A stretch of 59,130 nt of DNA, filler included, from Sphacelaria rigidula (taxonomy: Eukaryota): NCBI GenBank assembly GCA_964200075.2. It is 7 parts of 7 records of this genome, joined end to end, with 100 filler letters (N's around TTAATTAATTAA, not from the genome) between each part and the next. Parts side by side here need not be neighbours in the genome. Positions count along the whole stretch, not along the records: positions 16,925 to 25,286 come from CAXNAA020011388.1; positions 25,387 to 33,747 come from CAXNAA020011389.1; positions 33,848 to 42,208 come from CAXNAA020011390.1; 4 more parts are not named here. One strand, given 5' to 3'. Within the stretch, counting starts at the first letter, position 1. Each line of letters starts with the position of its first letter. Under the pieces are notes generated by a model. The model searched no databases. It saw only the letters and a list, made by a program, of their open reading frames with translations, and was not told the DNA's origin. This document shows, piece by piece, positions 23,001-35,185 of the stretch. The position numbers and the translations under genes were made by a program.

Positions 23001-25286
23001 GTGGTCGGCAGCCTCCTGGAACTGGCCACGGCTGTTTCGCAACTTTGTTTTTCGTCATTGCCCACAGCGAGGAACACTCCCGCGTCCACATTGTCTACCC
23101 AGCCGTGGGTCACAGCCCAGTTCACGTCAGCTGGAGTTACCGTACGCTCACTCGCCCGCCTTGGCTTGGCTTGCTTCGTCATCTACGTGATGGAATGAGA
23201 TCAAGCGAACGCCCGAGGCAGATGAATCGCAGAGCGATCTCTGTTGACTACACTTGAATACAGCAAGCGAGACCAAGTAGGCGGCGTGTATGTACCGGTT
23301 CCTGCCCGTTTAGCCAAACAGCTACCACGTGGAAGGTCGTTAAGTTTAGAGTGCGTTGTCCGAACTCTTCTTCAAGTACCATAGTTCGGGAAAGAAGGTC
23401 CGTTCCCTCCACAGGCTCTCGTGATATTGCGCCCGTTGTGTGGGGCTACGTTCACCATACTAAGTGCCCATTGAATGTTGCAGCGCTCCTTCTCCTCTTT
23501 TCCTCTATCCGTAACAAATATCTTCCCGTGCCGTGTTGTCCAGGTGCCAACCGCGGAAATTGATGGTTTTCGAGAACGGTTGGGGCATGTGAAAAGGACG
23601 GCGGCCGCGAGTACAATCGCAGGCGGGACGAAAAAAAGGCCAAGGACGACCCCAAGAAAAAAGGGTGGCACGCCAAGTTAGGGAGATGGGGGAGGAATCG
23701 GCGAGCTCTACAGTAAGGGCCCTACGAAGTGGATAGCACTGGATAGCAATGTTTAGCCTGAGTAAATTTAGTGGTGCCGTGGCCAGTTCCAATGGGGAAT
23801 CGTCAAAAAGACGCCAACCCCCATTCTGTTACACGTCGTTTTTGATATGCATAGCTATGTCGGTGTTGTTTTTAGTGTTATTGGTCTAGCACGATGCGGG
23901 GGGAGATCTACCGCCAGTTGACAGACAAAACAGAATTGAGTGTTCTTGTGAACATGCGTTACTGACAGCTACAGTATTGAATAGGCGTATTAGGGTCAGG
24001 GATAAAATGAATTAATAACAGTGCAGTGTGAACAAGTTTAGGTCTTCAGTACTCCATGGGCATGCTTTTATCTCTATACACAAGAGCTCGGCGAGGTACA
24101 CTGCACCACACATGCAAATTTCACGCGTAATGGGTGTGTCATATGTGCTGTTTGTTTTATATTTTCTCTCCTACGGTTTATTAGCCGGATTCAAAACTCA
24201 TCCATCGATGCGATTAAGAATTCATTTGTGGACCGGCAACTTCGCGTAGTACAAGGCAAAGTCGCAACAAGGCGTTATGCTTTGAGCCTACTACTGTTAG
24301 GGCCGCCAATGGCGAGACTAATGTGGCGATTTCGTTTGCTTTTTCCGCTACTATACACCACCCCGCACATTGCACCATGACCGGTTGGTCAGGGTGTTGC
24401 TATTTGTCGAGTCGAACCTACACACACTCAGCCTCACTTGTAGAGGGTGGTTGCCCCGCCCGCACTGATTATCTCACGGAGCTCGCGAGGCGGCAATTGC
24501 GGTTGATAAGAGAAGCGGGCATAGCGGGCGCGTATATGTTCACCTGCTGAGACCGCAGCGAACGTAGCCGTCACGAGGCGGGCTGTCTGGTCCGCCATCT
24601 TCGGTACTCTGCGTCGCGCCGATTGTCATATGAATCCCGATGCTCGTGCATAAAATGGGGCGCCATATTACGGATGGATTGCTGCGTCGTGCGAGGGATT
24701 TTCCAAGCATTTTGGTGGGCAAACTATCCAACGAGTAGACTTGGAGGTCTGAAAAAGACGAGGGCGTGCATATCATCGTATTTTTTTCACGGATCGAGGG
24801 TTGGTTGACTGCTTCACGGCATCATACAGACGTCTCTCATGCTCCAGAATCGCTGTGAAACTTTTTGAAGTATTTAAAAATCTTGAATGGCTTCACGGGC
24901 CCCTTTCTTGATGGTGCGGAAGGAGTCTACATAGGATTTTTTTCGTGTCTGTAGATATTGCTCTCTGCACGACGTAAATCGATCCCAAAACGCGGTGTTG
25001 AGAGTGCAAAGCCACTCCGAGTCAGCTTTACGAGGTGGTGGAAACCAACGGGGGGAAACCGCGCTGAGCGGTACACGGGAAATATACTGCACCTGAGTGT
25101 GCGCAGAGTAGCGCTGAAGCTTCGCGGAAAACACCCTCGATCAGGGCGCAACTGGTCAGACTGGTCAGGCATAAGAAAGACAGTTTCACTGCGGTTTGAG
25201 CAGGGGTTTTCAAGTCACTATGCAACAGTGTTTTCGTGAGATTAAGAGTAGATGATACGGTTGAGAGTGGCTTTGATCATTCGCTT

Positions 25287-25386
25287 NNNNNNNNNNNNNN
25301 NNNNNNNNNNNNNNNNNNNNNNNNNNNNNNTTAATTAATTAANNNNNNNNNNNNNNNNNNNNNNNNNNNNNNNNNNNNNNNNNNNN
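25287..25386. other. Artificial contig-joining linker
   Basis: N44-TTAATTAATTAA-N44. Confidence 0.97.
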
Positions 25387-25539
25387 CAGGCTCAAGACCC
25401 GTACATCTCCAAGGAATACCTCATTCACCGACATCCACCACCATTTCGGAGGGGGACCAACCCTGCTCGAAGCTCACATAATACGATCCCTGCGGAGCCG
25501 GAGCCCCGCTTGGCGACTGCACTGTGACGGGAACCCACG

Positions 25540-26055
25540 TCAACTCGTACGGCACCACCTGATTGCACTCACCCGCAAAAATCGCAACAACCTTCTCGCC
25601 TGATCCCGACGCTCGTTCAACCATACCCACCGCGTTCTGGATCCAACGGTCAAACGCAGTGGGACCTGGAGGTTGCGAGGCCCCCTCAGCGACATGATCG
25701 TTCTAGATTCACTGACATCCCGGTGTGGCCGCACAGGAAATTGAGCCAACCCATCGCGTCCCAACAGTAAGTCAAAAGACATGATACCGTCGGGCACGAT
25801 ATGCGCATAGACCGCGAAGCAAGCACTCGTGCTCGAGTTCCGACCCTTGCGCGTACCCTCAGTAAAGCGAATATTCAAGCGCACCTGAGAACTAGTTTTC
25901 AGAGGAACACCATTAAATCCACCCCACGACACGGGATCAATTTCCCGCACCGCTTCGCCAGAACCAGCCCCATGTTGTACCATGGACATCCATACCTTGT
26001 TCAGGTTGAACGTCGCTGGGCTCCCACTGTCCAACAGCGCCGCACACCCCCACAT
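25540..26055 (-). pseudogene. Retroviral-type aspartic protease fragment
   Basis: CAALLDSGSPATF ... FDLLLGRDGL motifs; frameshifted relative to neighbouring pol fragments. Confidence 0.8.
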
Positions 26056-27385
26056 CCGGGTTGCCTTCGGGCCGCCAACACCTTCACCCCCGCCGTATTA
26101 CGTAGGCGATCTACCGACACGTTCCCGCCGATCACCGAAGTTCCTTCCGGTAAGAACGCGCCCCGCCTGCCGCGCGGTACCTGACAAGGGATAGGACCAG
26201 GGATCGATGCGGGTGGTTTCTTAGATTGCAAGCGATTACCAGATGAGTCGAGAGCATAAATGTGCTCTTCTACCCCCACCGATTTGCCATCGCTCACATT
26301 ACCAACAACAGGTCGAGCCACGCGAGCATCTACGGATGCCCCCGAGCGTGAGGAGACACTACTCAGTTCCGAAAGGTTGGGTACATTAGCAAAACTGCGT
26401 GGCATTGAGCCCGCAGGTGTCACCAAGCTATCATCCTCCGACAGTGCTTCAAGTTGGCTACCCTTGGCAACCGAGATCCTACTCGAGGAAAATCGGCCCA
26501 AACCAGGGCCACTCAAGTCTGGCTTCGCGCCAGAGAGAGCAAACCCTCCATTGGTAGCGTATTGCGACGTCCCCTTCATCGGGTGGCAGCGCCGAGTGCT
26601 GCGTAGGCCCCGAGCGTCGCGACGCGGAATACCTCCCTCACCCTGGACGATTTCACCTGCCGGGCTCTCTTCACCATGTTATGGATCCATCACACCAGGA
26701 CCGTCCAAATCCCTAGCGTCTGTCGGACGTGAGCAACGCCTACCGCGACAGCTGGCCTGCACAAGTGACTCATTTACCCATGTACCTTCGCCACTCGGGA
26801 AGGAAAAGCTGTCCGGAGCGCAAACCCGAACCACACCCGCCTTCCGTCGGTCAACACCTACCGCACCAGATTGCCGCACAGCAGCCGTTGTGCAAAATGG
26901 AGAACCCGCTCTTCCTCTGCTAAGGTCACGTAAAGATTGTACATATCCCACGGCTACCCCCAAAGCGGAAACGCCACACTCACCCTTACCGACACCCCCA
27001 GACAGATCGTACCCTGTCTCATTGCCAAAGTCCGCTCTGTACGGGAGGGAGATGACAGAAATTTCGCCGTCTTTAGCAGGAACAGCCTGCTGTGGAACCA
27101 GTGACACAGGCGACTGGCCTAGTTGTGCTCGATGAGCATCACGATTGGCAGAGGATTTGCTACATGGAACAGGTTGAGCCTGCTATGGAACACTTCCCCC
27201 AGGCGACTGGCCAGTTCGAGTTCGCCGAACATCCTCGATAACCGAAACTTCACTACACACAGCCGTCTCATCCTGCTGTGGAACACACCCCCGCGATGAT
27301 CGACCATTAAGAGCTCGACGAGACTCTTCGATATACCTGGCACCCGTGCTACCGGTAAGGCGACCCAATCCTTACCGCCGCCCCC

Positions 27386-30300
27386 TCATTTCTTACGGGG
27401 GTAGTTTTCGGTAAAATAGGAACGCAAACGCCGCTGCCACCGCGCCCGTTTCTGGCGTCCCTCATCCGGGGTGCCTTCACCCATAAAATGATAGATCAGA
27501 CCCGACTTGTCAATGAACCCCTTCGGCCATCTCGAGCCAACGTGTGCTCCGCGCTACCACAATTTAAACAATATGGGCCAAAAGCTTGTCGCGCCTTGTT
27601 TTTAAGGTCGCGGGTGGGAAACGGTTCATAGAAAGGCGGGTCTTTGATTTTTCCAAAACGGTCGCCATTTCCCCGCCCCACCATGTACACGTAAGCCATT
27701 TCTTGGTCTTCACGGTCAAAATCGCGCATGTTGGTGATACTCATTACCCTCCCAAATGCCCTGCCCTGGCCCACTTTTGGGGGATACCGGTTCCGAGTCG
27801 TTCCCCCCGTCGACCCCGGCGCAAAACGCGGCGCATGCGCCTGCATCGTGTTAGATCTGAGATCATCGAGTGTAGCCATTAATCGTTCCAACGAGGTGAA
27901 CGGCGTCGCACAGTCGTCCCTACCCGCAAATACATGGCCATTTATCCCCGGAAATCGGTCCTGAATGACCGTTTTGATAGCCGATTGTACCTGCGCCTGG
28001 TCAGGGGTCATTTCAGCACCAAGGCATTGCACATTGGTTACTAGTATACGGAGGCTACGGAGGTACTCCGCGAATGCCGTCCCCTCGGCCGCCCGGAAAT
28101 GAGTTCACGTAACACGGCATCGGGCGTTAGATTGCTGAGTTCCCTGCAAAGTACCCGCACCAAAAACGCCAAAGCATCGGGCCCCGAGGTGCCCTCCGCT
28201 TGCAACCGAGTTACCGTAGACATCACTTCTGCAATTCGCGCGACAATGTTGGGTGCATCCGGCGCACTTGTGTGAACCGCCCTCTGTAAATGTTTTTGGA
28301 TAGCCTTTTCCCAACCCCGCGTCCACCGTGTGGGGTGGGTATCTCCTACAATGAGACGCATTGCCGACACTGAATCCTTGATCCCCTCAATCAAAGCCAC
28401 CAACTGTTGCATATTGTGGGAAGTAGACAACGGTAAGCGTGGCAGGTCCGCCAATAAATCAAGCTTCAACTTCGCATACCCCTGGGCGATGTGCGCCGTC
28501 TGCAGCGACGGGAACGCATCCAACGAACAACCCGACGCGGGAGCCGCGAAACCCCCTTGCTCCCCGACACCCGTCCCGACACCAATTCCTCCGAGATCCA
28601 CCATAACCTTCAAAGGGGTATACTCCCCTCCACTCTCATGCCCCGTTGTACACGACCCCCCCATCTCCACGCACCTTTTCTCCTGGCGACCCCCCTGCCC
28701 GTCCGGTGGAAAACCCGCTGCTGCTCCCGCATTCTCGGCCTCCAACCGAGCCAACACCCCGTCGTCCCCCGCGTAGAGCTCTCTCTGTCTACGCTCCCAC
28801 ACGTCCAGAGCGACGTTACCCGAGCACGACCCTTTAATTGCGCGATACCCGCGCAGGAAAGCCCCCAACGCCGTCCCGCGGGCGCACCTCGCGCGGCAGT
28901 ATGCGACGTCGTCCTCCGACAGTCGCGCCAACACCACCCTCTTCCCATTGCCGGGGTCTGCCGTCCCCCGCTGCATCGGGGCCCGCACGCCCGCCGGGAC
29001 GGCGGAGCGAGCCGCCACCGGTCGGGCGGCCGGCTGCCCCTTCCCCGCACCCGCCGACGGCGGCGGCCCCGACAACACGGCCGGTACCGCCGCGCGGGAC
29101 TCACACATCTGCCCACCGGATTCTCCAGATACTCCCTCCCCAGGATGCCCCGCTACCACCGGAGCAGAAGAAACCGCGCCCACCACTACCGTGGCGCGGG
29201 CGCCCTGAACCGGAGGCGCTGACCCGGGCGGGGCCGGCGGGGTCGCGCCGCGAGCCGCCACCGGGACCACCGGCAACTCCGCTGAAGCATGAGCGTGGCT
29301 GTCCATCCCACCAGCTGGCCCCGGGGGAGGGCTCGGCTCCCTAGAGGCCGTGAGGCCACCGGCGGCCTCGGCGGCGCGCAGGGCTGCCAACCGCGGGCCC
29401 AGTGAGAGGTACCGGGGCCCGACTGGTAGGCCAACCCCGCGATTGCATCTTCCCTCCGGCCCCGGCAGACCATCAACTCGACTTCCTCCCTGTCCAACAC
29501 CGCGCGAGATCGCGCCCGAGCGTCCGCGGACCGGGCACACGCCGCCCTCGCCTCTTCCCACGCACGCTCAGCGGCCGCGAGGCCCGCCACCGCGGCCTGG
29601 TCAGCGACGGCCGCCACGCTGTCATTGTGCGCCGCGACATCCCGGCGTTCCCTAGCCGTCGCCGTGGCGTCCATCGTGGTTGATGCGCCCGAAAGAGCCG
29701 CCTGGTCCACAGTGCGACAACCATCGGAAGGCGAATCAGCCAAGACATCAAAACGACCCCCACACACCACCGAGGGAAGGGCGCAACCCTTACCCCGAGA
29801 CACTTCCACGTAAGTACGCGAACCAGGCACGCGCCGCCAAACCCCACCCTGCTCGGAGAGCGGCACCGGGGGCGGCGCAGACACACTACCTGTTTCCCCC
29901 CCCGCACCCGACAGGGACAGAGCGAGAGAACGGCCCCGTCCCACGGAAATTTCCGCCGCGCGAGCCATCCTCTCCTCGTCCGCCTGCAATAGACGGGCCA
30001 ACAATTCGTCCGGTACAGCAGTGGGAGACCTCGCCCCATCCCTCTTGAGGTAAAACCCCCCCCGGGCCCCGCAACCGTGGAAACAGGCTTCCCCCCCGCG
30101 GGGGCGACGACACCTCGCACCCCGAAATGCGCGGGGGCGGCGACAGCACTCTACCCTCTACCAACACTCGTTCTTCGTGAGACAACCGAGACAAAAGCGC
30201 ACGAACCTCGAACACCAAATCACTCCTCACCTCAGTTGCCTGTGGCGACGCCGGCGGCGGCGGGGAGGGTGTGCGCCGTGCGTCGTCTCCCATGACGCGG

Positions 30301-31373
30301 CGTCCCCGAGGCGATGGACCCTTTCGAACCGAGAGTGATGCTGCGATAGGGTCAGCATTTTTACGGCCTGAGAGTAGAATTGTTAGGAACCCTTTATCTC
30401 ATCCACAACACGACTTTCGAAATAGGTGAGAGTACGCCAGGGTTTTTCTTCCAATTTGCTAGGGATATGCTGAATGAACTTGCAAACGGGGATATCCTGA
30501 CCCATATTCTTGTGTAGTTCCTAATTTTAGGAACCCCTGAATCAGGCCGGTTTTGGCTCCAAAAGTGCAGACCCTATCGCAGCATCACTCCCGAGCTCGC
30601 CGCACCCGCGGCAGCTTCCTCCCCGTCCACACCGGCCGCCTGCTGCGAAGAGTCTGTTACATCCAGAGCGCGCGGAATACGGCGAGGAACCACCGACACA
30701 CAAAGAGGGGTGAGACCACTACCACCCAGGCCCACCGCGTGCGATACACTCGAGACCCGCGGCAGCGCGTCACCAAAGACCTCCTCAACACCCAACTCGC
30801 GCGACACCGAGGGGACCCGCGAGCGACCAACCGGCGGCGATTCCGCCGCGTCGCCACCAGAGCACACAGAACTGGCGGCACTACCAGCCGCCTCAATTTG
30901 AGCCTCAATTTGGGCTAAAAAAGACGAGTCCACACCACTCCCCGAGGACTCGGCGCGCCCGCGGCTGACCCTTCGTCGGAAACCGAACCCTCACTGATGT
31001 CCAACCCGTTACCCCGAAACCCTGACGTGAACTCTCTCACCGCCACCTCTTTACCCTTCACCACCGACCCAGGCGGGGCTGACTCCAACACCACCGCGCC
31101 CCCCTCCGACGGTGAAGGGGAGTTCTCACACACTTGAATATCCCCACCGCGCACATCAACAATTTCACCAGCTCCCGAGGCAGGCGCGCGAGGCGAGGGC
31201 AGTCCACCACGGGCTGTGGAGTCAATTACCGACTCCACACCCTCTGATCGTGTAGCCCGCGTCCCGGCGCGACGCGCGGGAGCACCTCCCCGAGGAGGCA
31301 CCACGGCGCGCTGCGACCGCGTGACCCGCCCTCCCCCCACCCCTTTAACACGACCCGGGTTCGCACCTGACAT
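27386..31373 (-). pseudogene. Long gag-like ORF1, frameshifted and MITE-interrupted
   Basis: ATG at 31373 (MSGANPGRV). Chained ORF pieces 30915-31373, 30574-30933, 29886-30293, 29186-30004, 28041-29561, 27496-28032. Cx2Cx4H knuckle near 27540-27570; tail ...ARWQRRLRSYFTENYPRKK* ends at 27386. Confidence 0.65.
30333..30590. mobile_element. 258-bp MITE with 30-bp TIRs and 4-bp TSD (Sola2-like)
   Basis: TIR GAGTGATGCTGCGATAGGGTC(A/T)GCA(T/C)TTTT; CCGA duplicated at 30329-30332 and 30591-30594; AT-rich island inside a GC-rich ORF. Confidence 0.9.
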
Positions 31374-31430
31374 TGTAGGAGCCGAAAAAGCTCCGCAGTC
31401 GACGAACCCGAAGAGCAGCAGCACAGCAAA

Positions 31431-31446
31431 CCAGTCGACGACGCCA
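31431..31446 (-). promoter_or_regulatory. Primer-binding site of the gypsy-like element
   Basis: TGGCGTCGTCGACTGG, 1 nt after an LTR-like CA end and ~60 nt before the gag ATG. Complementary to a CCA-ended tRNA (Ser-like, inferred). Confidence 0.6.
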
Positions 31447-31680
31447 CTGAGAGGAACCTGTATTTCGCTCTGTAGAGATAGAGAATCCCTTCTTCTCACT
31501 AGTAAGTTCTTTGATCTGTGGTGTGCTCTTGGTAGTACAGTCAACCAGGGCTGAGGATAGCAGCTGGGATAATCAGGATGGAAGCTCCCCGTGAAAGTGT
31601 GGAGAGGGAAGAAGACACATGGCGATAATCTTTTTGATGATGTTTCATTATTGATGCACTTCTATGGAGATATAAGCCCT

Positions 31681-32001
31681 TGTTGCTGTAACCCTAAAGC
31701 TGGGGTCTGATGAGAACTGACCAAGGGTGGGGCGTACCAAACTCGGCGGCCTGCAACCAACCAGCCAAAATGAAACGTTCCACAGCCCTACTGACGACAT
31801 TCTACCGGCTATATTGGCGGTTACTCGATGGCTTTCTTGCCCACCAAGGTCCCAAGTTCAGTAGCTGACACACCTAGAGACAAGCTCGGCCCTCGGCCCC
31901 CCTGTAACCCGCTCCAGACTCACCCTGTCTGTGCTGTCTAGCCTAAAACTGTCCCCGTTGGAACTGTACTCTGTCATGATCCAGTAGGACGCTGTATAGC
32001 A
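31681..32001 (-). mobile_element. 3' LTR of copia element (~321 bp)
   Basis: Minus strand: PPT AAGGGGGGG (32010-32002) immediately followed by TGCTATACAG... and ending ...TACAGCAACA at 31681. Confidence 0.6.
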
Positions 32002-32124
32002 CCCCCCCTTAGCAAGCAATCTTCGTCGTAGACACGGCGCTTACAATAACTGAGTTACCCACTGAAAACTGAGCTCACCACATCAGCCCATCTTGTGAGC
32101 ATAAAGTTTGGTCATAGCCGGACC

Positions 32125-32800
32125 CTACTTTGTGCAAACAACATAGACCGGAACGAGCTTTGTAAGGATATCAGCGTGTTGCCACTCCGAATCCACATGT
32201 ACAATCCTTACTGCTCCCGTCCTAACCAAGTCCCTAATAAAATGCCACCTCACGTCGATATGCTTACTACGACCTGAGCTGATAGGGTTGTCGGCTAGAG
32301 CCTTAGCCCCCTCATTGTCTTCATAGAGAACGATATCGTTCTCTACTTGTCGTCCCAACACAACGCTTGATCGTAGGAAAGACAGTACCGACCTGACAAA
32401 CATGCATTCCTTCGCCCCTTCTGCCATAGCTGCGAACTCGGCTTTGGTAGTTGACAGGGTAATGCAGTGTTGCGTTCGACTAGTACTTGATACTTTCCCC
32501 CCGTACATTACCGCTACCCCCGAAACTGATCGCCGGTCTGTATCTTTCTTGGCGTAGTCAGCGTCACAATAGACTGTGAGCCTACTTTCCCCTGAACTAA
32601 AAGTCAGACCGTAATTTCTGGTCGTGTTGAGGTACGCGAGGAATTTTAACATCCCTCGCCAGTGTCTTTCACATGAGTCGTGTGGTTGTCGGGCCAGGCC
32701 TCGGACTGCATTTGCAATATCAGGCCTGGTTACCCCAGCCAACCACATCAACCCTCCCACGGCACTCCGGTATGGTCTATCTAAAACCTTGTCCAGTCCT
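32125..32800 (-). mobile_element. Ty1/copia pol remnant: RT C-terminus plus RNase H
   Basis: PYRSAVGGLMW...TRPDIANAV, YCDADYA...DRRSVSG, LSTTKAEF, YEDNEGA...SKHIDVRWHFIRD, QHADILTK. Confidence 0.93.
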
Positions 32801-33747
32801 GCACCAAAATAAAACAGTTTTCTCGGAACAGAATTGAAGCTCATTTCATCCCCTCGCGCACTACTGCGACGCCCAACCCTAGATGCAGACTCGTGGGCTT
32901 GTTGACTGTGGGGCACATCAGATGTTCCCGAAGTTTCAGCGCATAGCAGTGACGACAGCGCGCGCACCACCGTACTTCCTGCCCTAAGCACCTCTACAGT
33001 CGATACCGGAATGGCTTTTCTACAGATTGTCCTAATCCAGAGGCGGCGCCAGTACTGATCTATGTTTGTTCGCGAGCATTGCAGCCTCCCAGGTGGCCGC
33101 GATGCGGAAGTGAGTGAGGTACCATGTCCACATATGAATTAACTCACGGTGCACAGAATTTCGGACGCAAGGTATCCACGCTAAGGGCATACAGACGGTA
33201 TTGCCGAAAATCGGAATTCGCGTCGATGAACTCGCCCGCACATGGAAAGGAGCTGTGCTCCGGGGAATATGCTGCATGTGATGTGCCCAACTGGTGGGTC
33301 AAATTTCACGTGATTCGCTGTAGTGGCGGCCGAGAAGTGCGCAATCAAAAATGATGCATATAAGTCGAAAATGGCCCCAGTCGACCGTCCAAAGATACAC
33401 CAGGTGCAGTTACGCCGCATAATCCTAGTACCGAAAGATACAGGCGAAACTGCAGCATCCCTGCGGCAGCACGCGAGAGATGGGGACAATACGCTACCTT
33501 ATATCCGAGCACTGTGGGTTAGGCTTCGCGAAATCGCCCCGCCACACGATATGCCTGCACTTATTTTGGCTGTTTAGTTGGTTGCAGTCGGAGGTGTCGC
33601 GCACGTGCTATGTCGCCGGGGGGTGTCGGCGTTGGCAATATCTCCGTACCGCGTTCATCCTGTCACGATGTGAGGGGGGCGTACTCATTTGTTGCTTGCC
33701 TTAGTCGTTCGATCATTGACCACGCATCCCTTTCGAGACGGAGCACC

Positions 33748-33847
33748 NNNNNNNNNNNNNNNNNNNNNNNNNNNNNNNNNNNNNNNNNNNNTTAATTAAT
33801 TAANNNNNNNNNNNNNNNNNNNNNNNNNNNNNNNNNNNNNNNNNNNN
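33748..33847. other. Artificial contig-joining linker
   Basis: N44-TTAATTAATTAA-N44. Confidence 0.97.
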
Positions 33848-34977
33848 GAACTGCTTTATTCTTTGGTATCGCCACTTCCAGAGACAGCCACGGCTTTTAC
33901 ACTGCCTCATGGGTTCATGATGGGGCGGGAGGGGGGGGGGGAGGGGGGGGCGTTTGAGCTCGCCCTGGAAAAACATCGATGTACTGGTCTATGACGCGGC
34001 CAGCTGAGCCTTTACTGCCCAGAGCTACCAGATCACAGCCCTACCCTCACACTACGTTGATGATCTGTCATCCGCCGAATCAAACCTCTGCTCCTGATAA
34101 TTCACCATTCGCCAACAGGAAATCGAATATTGGTCAAGATGTCGCAAATCATGAGACCCACTCTTGAGAACATAACACGCGATCCTGAAAAATGGGAAAA
34201 GTATCCATGAGAACGAGGTTAGGTCGAAATTGCACATGTTTGTGCAACCAGTACCACTTTTTCATCTAGTATTATTTTCAAGAAATCTTCTTTGCCCATG
34301 CTCTGCTTCCACCACAAATCAATGCTTCCTTTTCTTTCCCATGTTTACCATTTTCATGTGTTCCGACCAAGCTCAGTTCGGCAAAAGGCTCTCGACCCGT
34401 CATCTAAATGCTGTGCGGACTGATCTGTGCACTCCGCAGTAGCGAACATCACAACCAACAAGGCACACAACACGCATAGCATACAGCAACCGCCACCGCA
34501 AAGCATGCTCTTCGGGAGAGATGGGGACATATGCAGCACAACCGTTGCAATCGCTTACATCCTCAGCCGCTAGATTCCAGTCTAATTCCTCGTGTGCAAC
34601 ATGGAGAGGCGATATCAGTCGTGATCAATTGCCTCACTCGCCGGTATTTCCGAGATGGATAATTTCAATCGGTCCGAGGACCCATGTATATGACCCACCT
34701 CGTTGTTCTGACCGTCTGTGCGAATCACACCTACATCGAACCTATGAACAGAAGCGCGAACAAAGACATCGAGGCGAATGACCTTTCGATTTCCTGACCA
34801 GCCATGGCGCCCCGAATACACCACATCACCTAAACTCTTGCCTGAAATCTAGCGACGTGACGGCGCACCCTAAGTTGAAATTCAAAGACCTCTTCAAGGC
34901 CAGATCAACGGTGGGGAAGGCGACGTGAATCGGTAACCTAGAATTTCATTCCAGCTGCTACTGCTAGAGATGCGTAT

Positions 34978-35185
34978 GTTACACCACATCCTTAATTGGC
35001 TGCTTGGAGTCGTACCCGAACGCCCCGTGGTAATTGCTGTAGTGAGGCAGAGTCATGTCAAGCTCTGCACTGACTAGTTGGAATTACTCCCGAAAACCCA
35101 CCGCCGCAGTGGGGCAGGCCATGCCGCAAGCTCAACTGGTTGGGCGAATTCCGATTCGAACGCCACCCTTCCCCCAACGCCAAGT
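34978..35185 (-). pseudogene. Decayed FNIP repeats downstream of the stop codon
   Basis: Shifted frames read FAQPVELAAWPAPLRRWVFGSNSN* (35148-35074), ASLQQL (35048-35031) and FGYDSKQPIKDVV* (35020-34979). Confidence 0.7.

Larger units (their letters stand above)
25387..31680 (-). mobile_element. Decayed Ty3/gypsy-like LTR retrotransposon, 5' half (LTR remnant, PBS, gag, protease)
   Basis: Order on minus strand: ...CTCTCA-G-TGGCGTCGTCG (PBS), long frameshifted GC-rich ORF1, zinc-knuckle-like CLNCGSAEH, retropepsin LLDSGS...DLLLGRD. RT/IN are not in the contig, so the superfamily is inferred from protease style. Confidence 0.78.

Noticed and set aside
26260..31554. Many long plus-strand ORFs
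   Set aside because: Antisense shadows in the GC-rich retrotransposon; all recognisable motifs are on the minus strand.
32801..32991. N-terminal part of the 288-aa ORF as part of copia pol
   Set aside because: No RT motifs upstream of PYRSAVG; the element is deleted there and the frame is open by chance.
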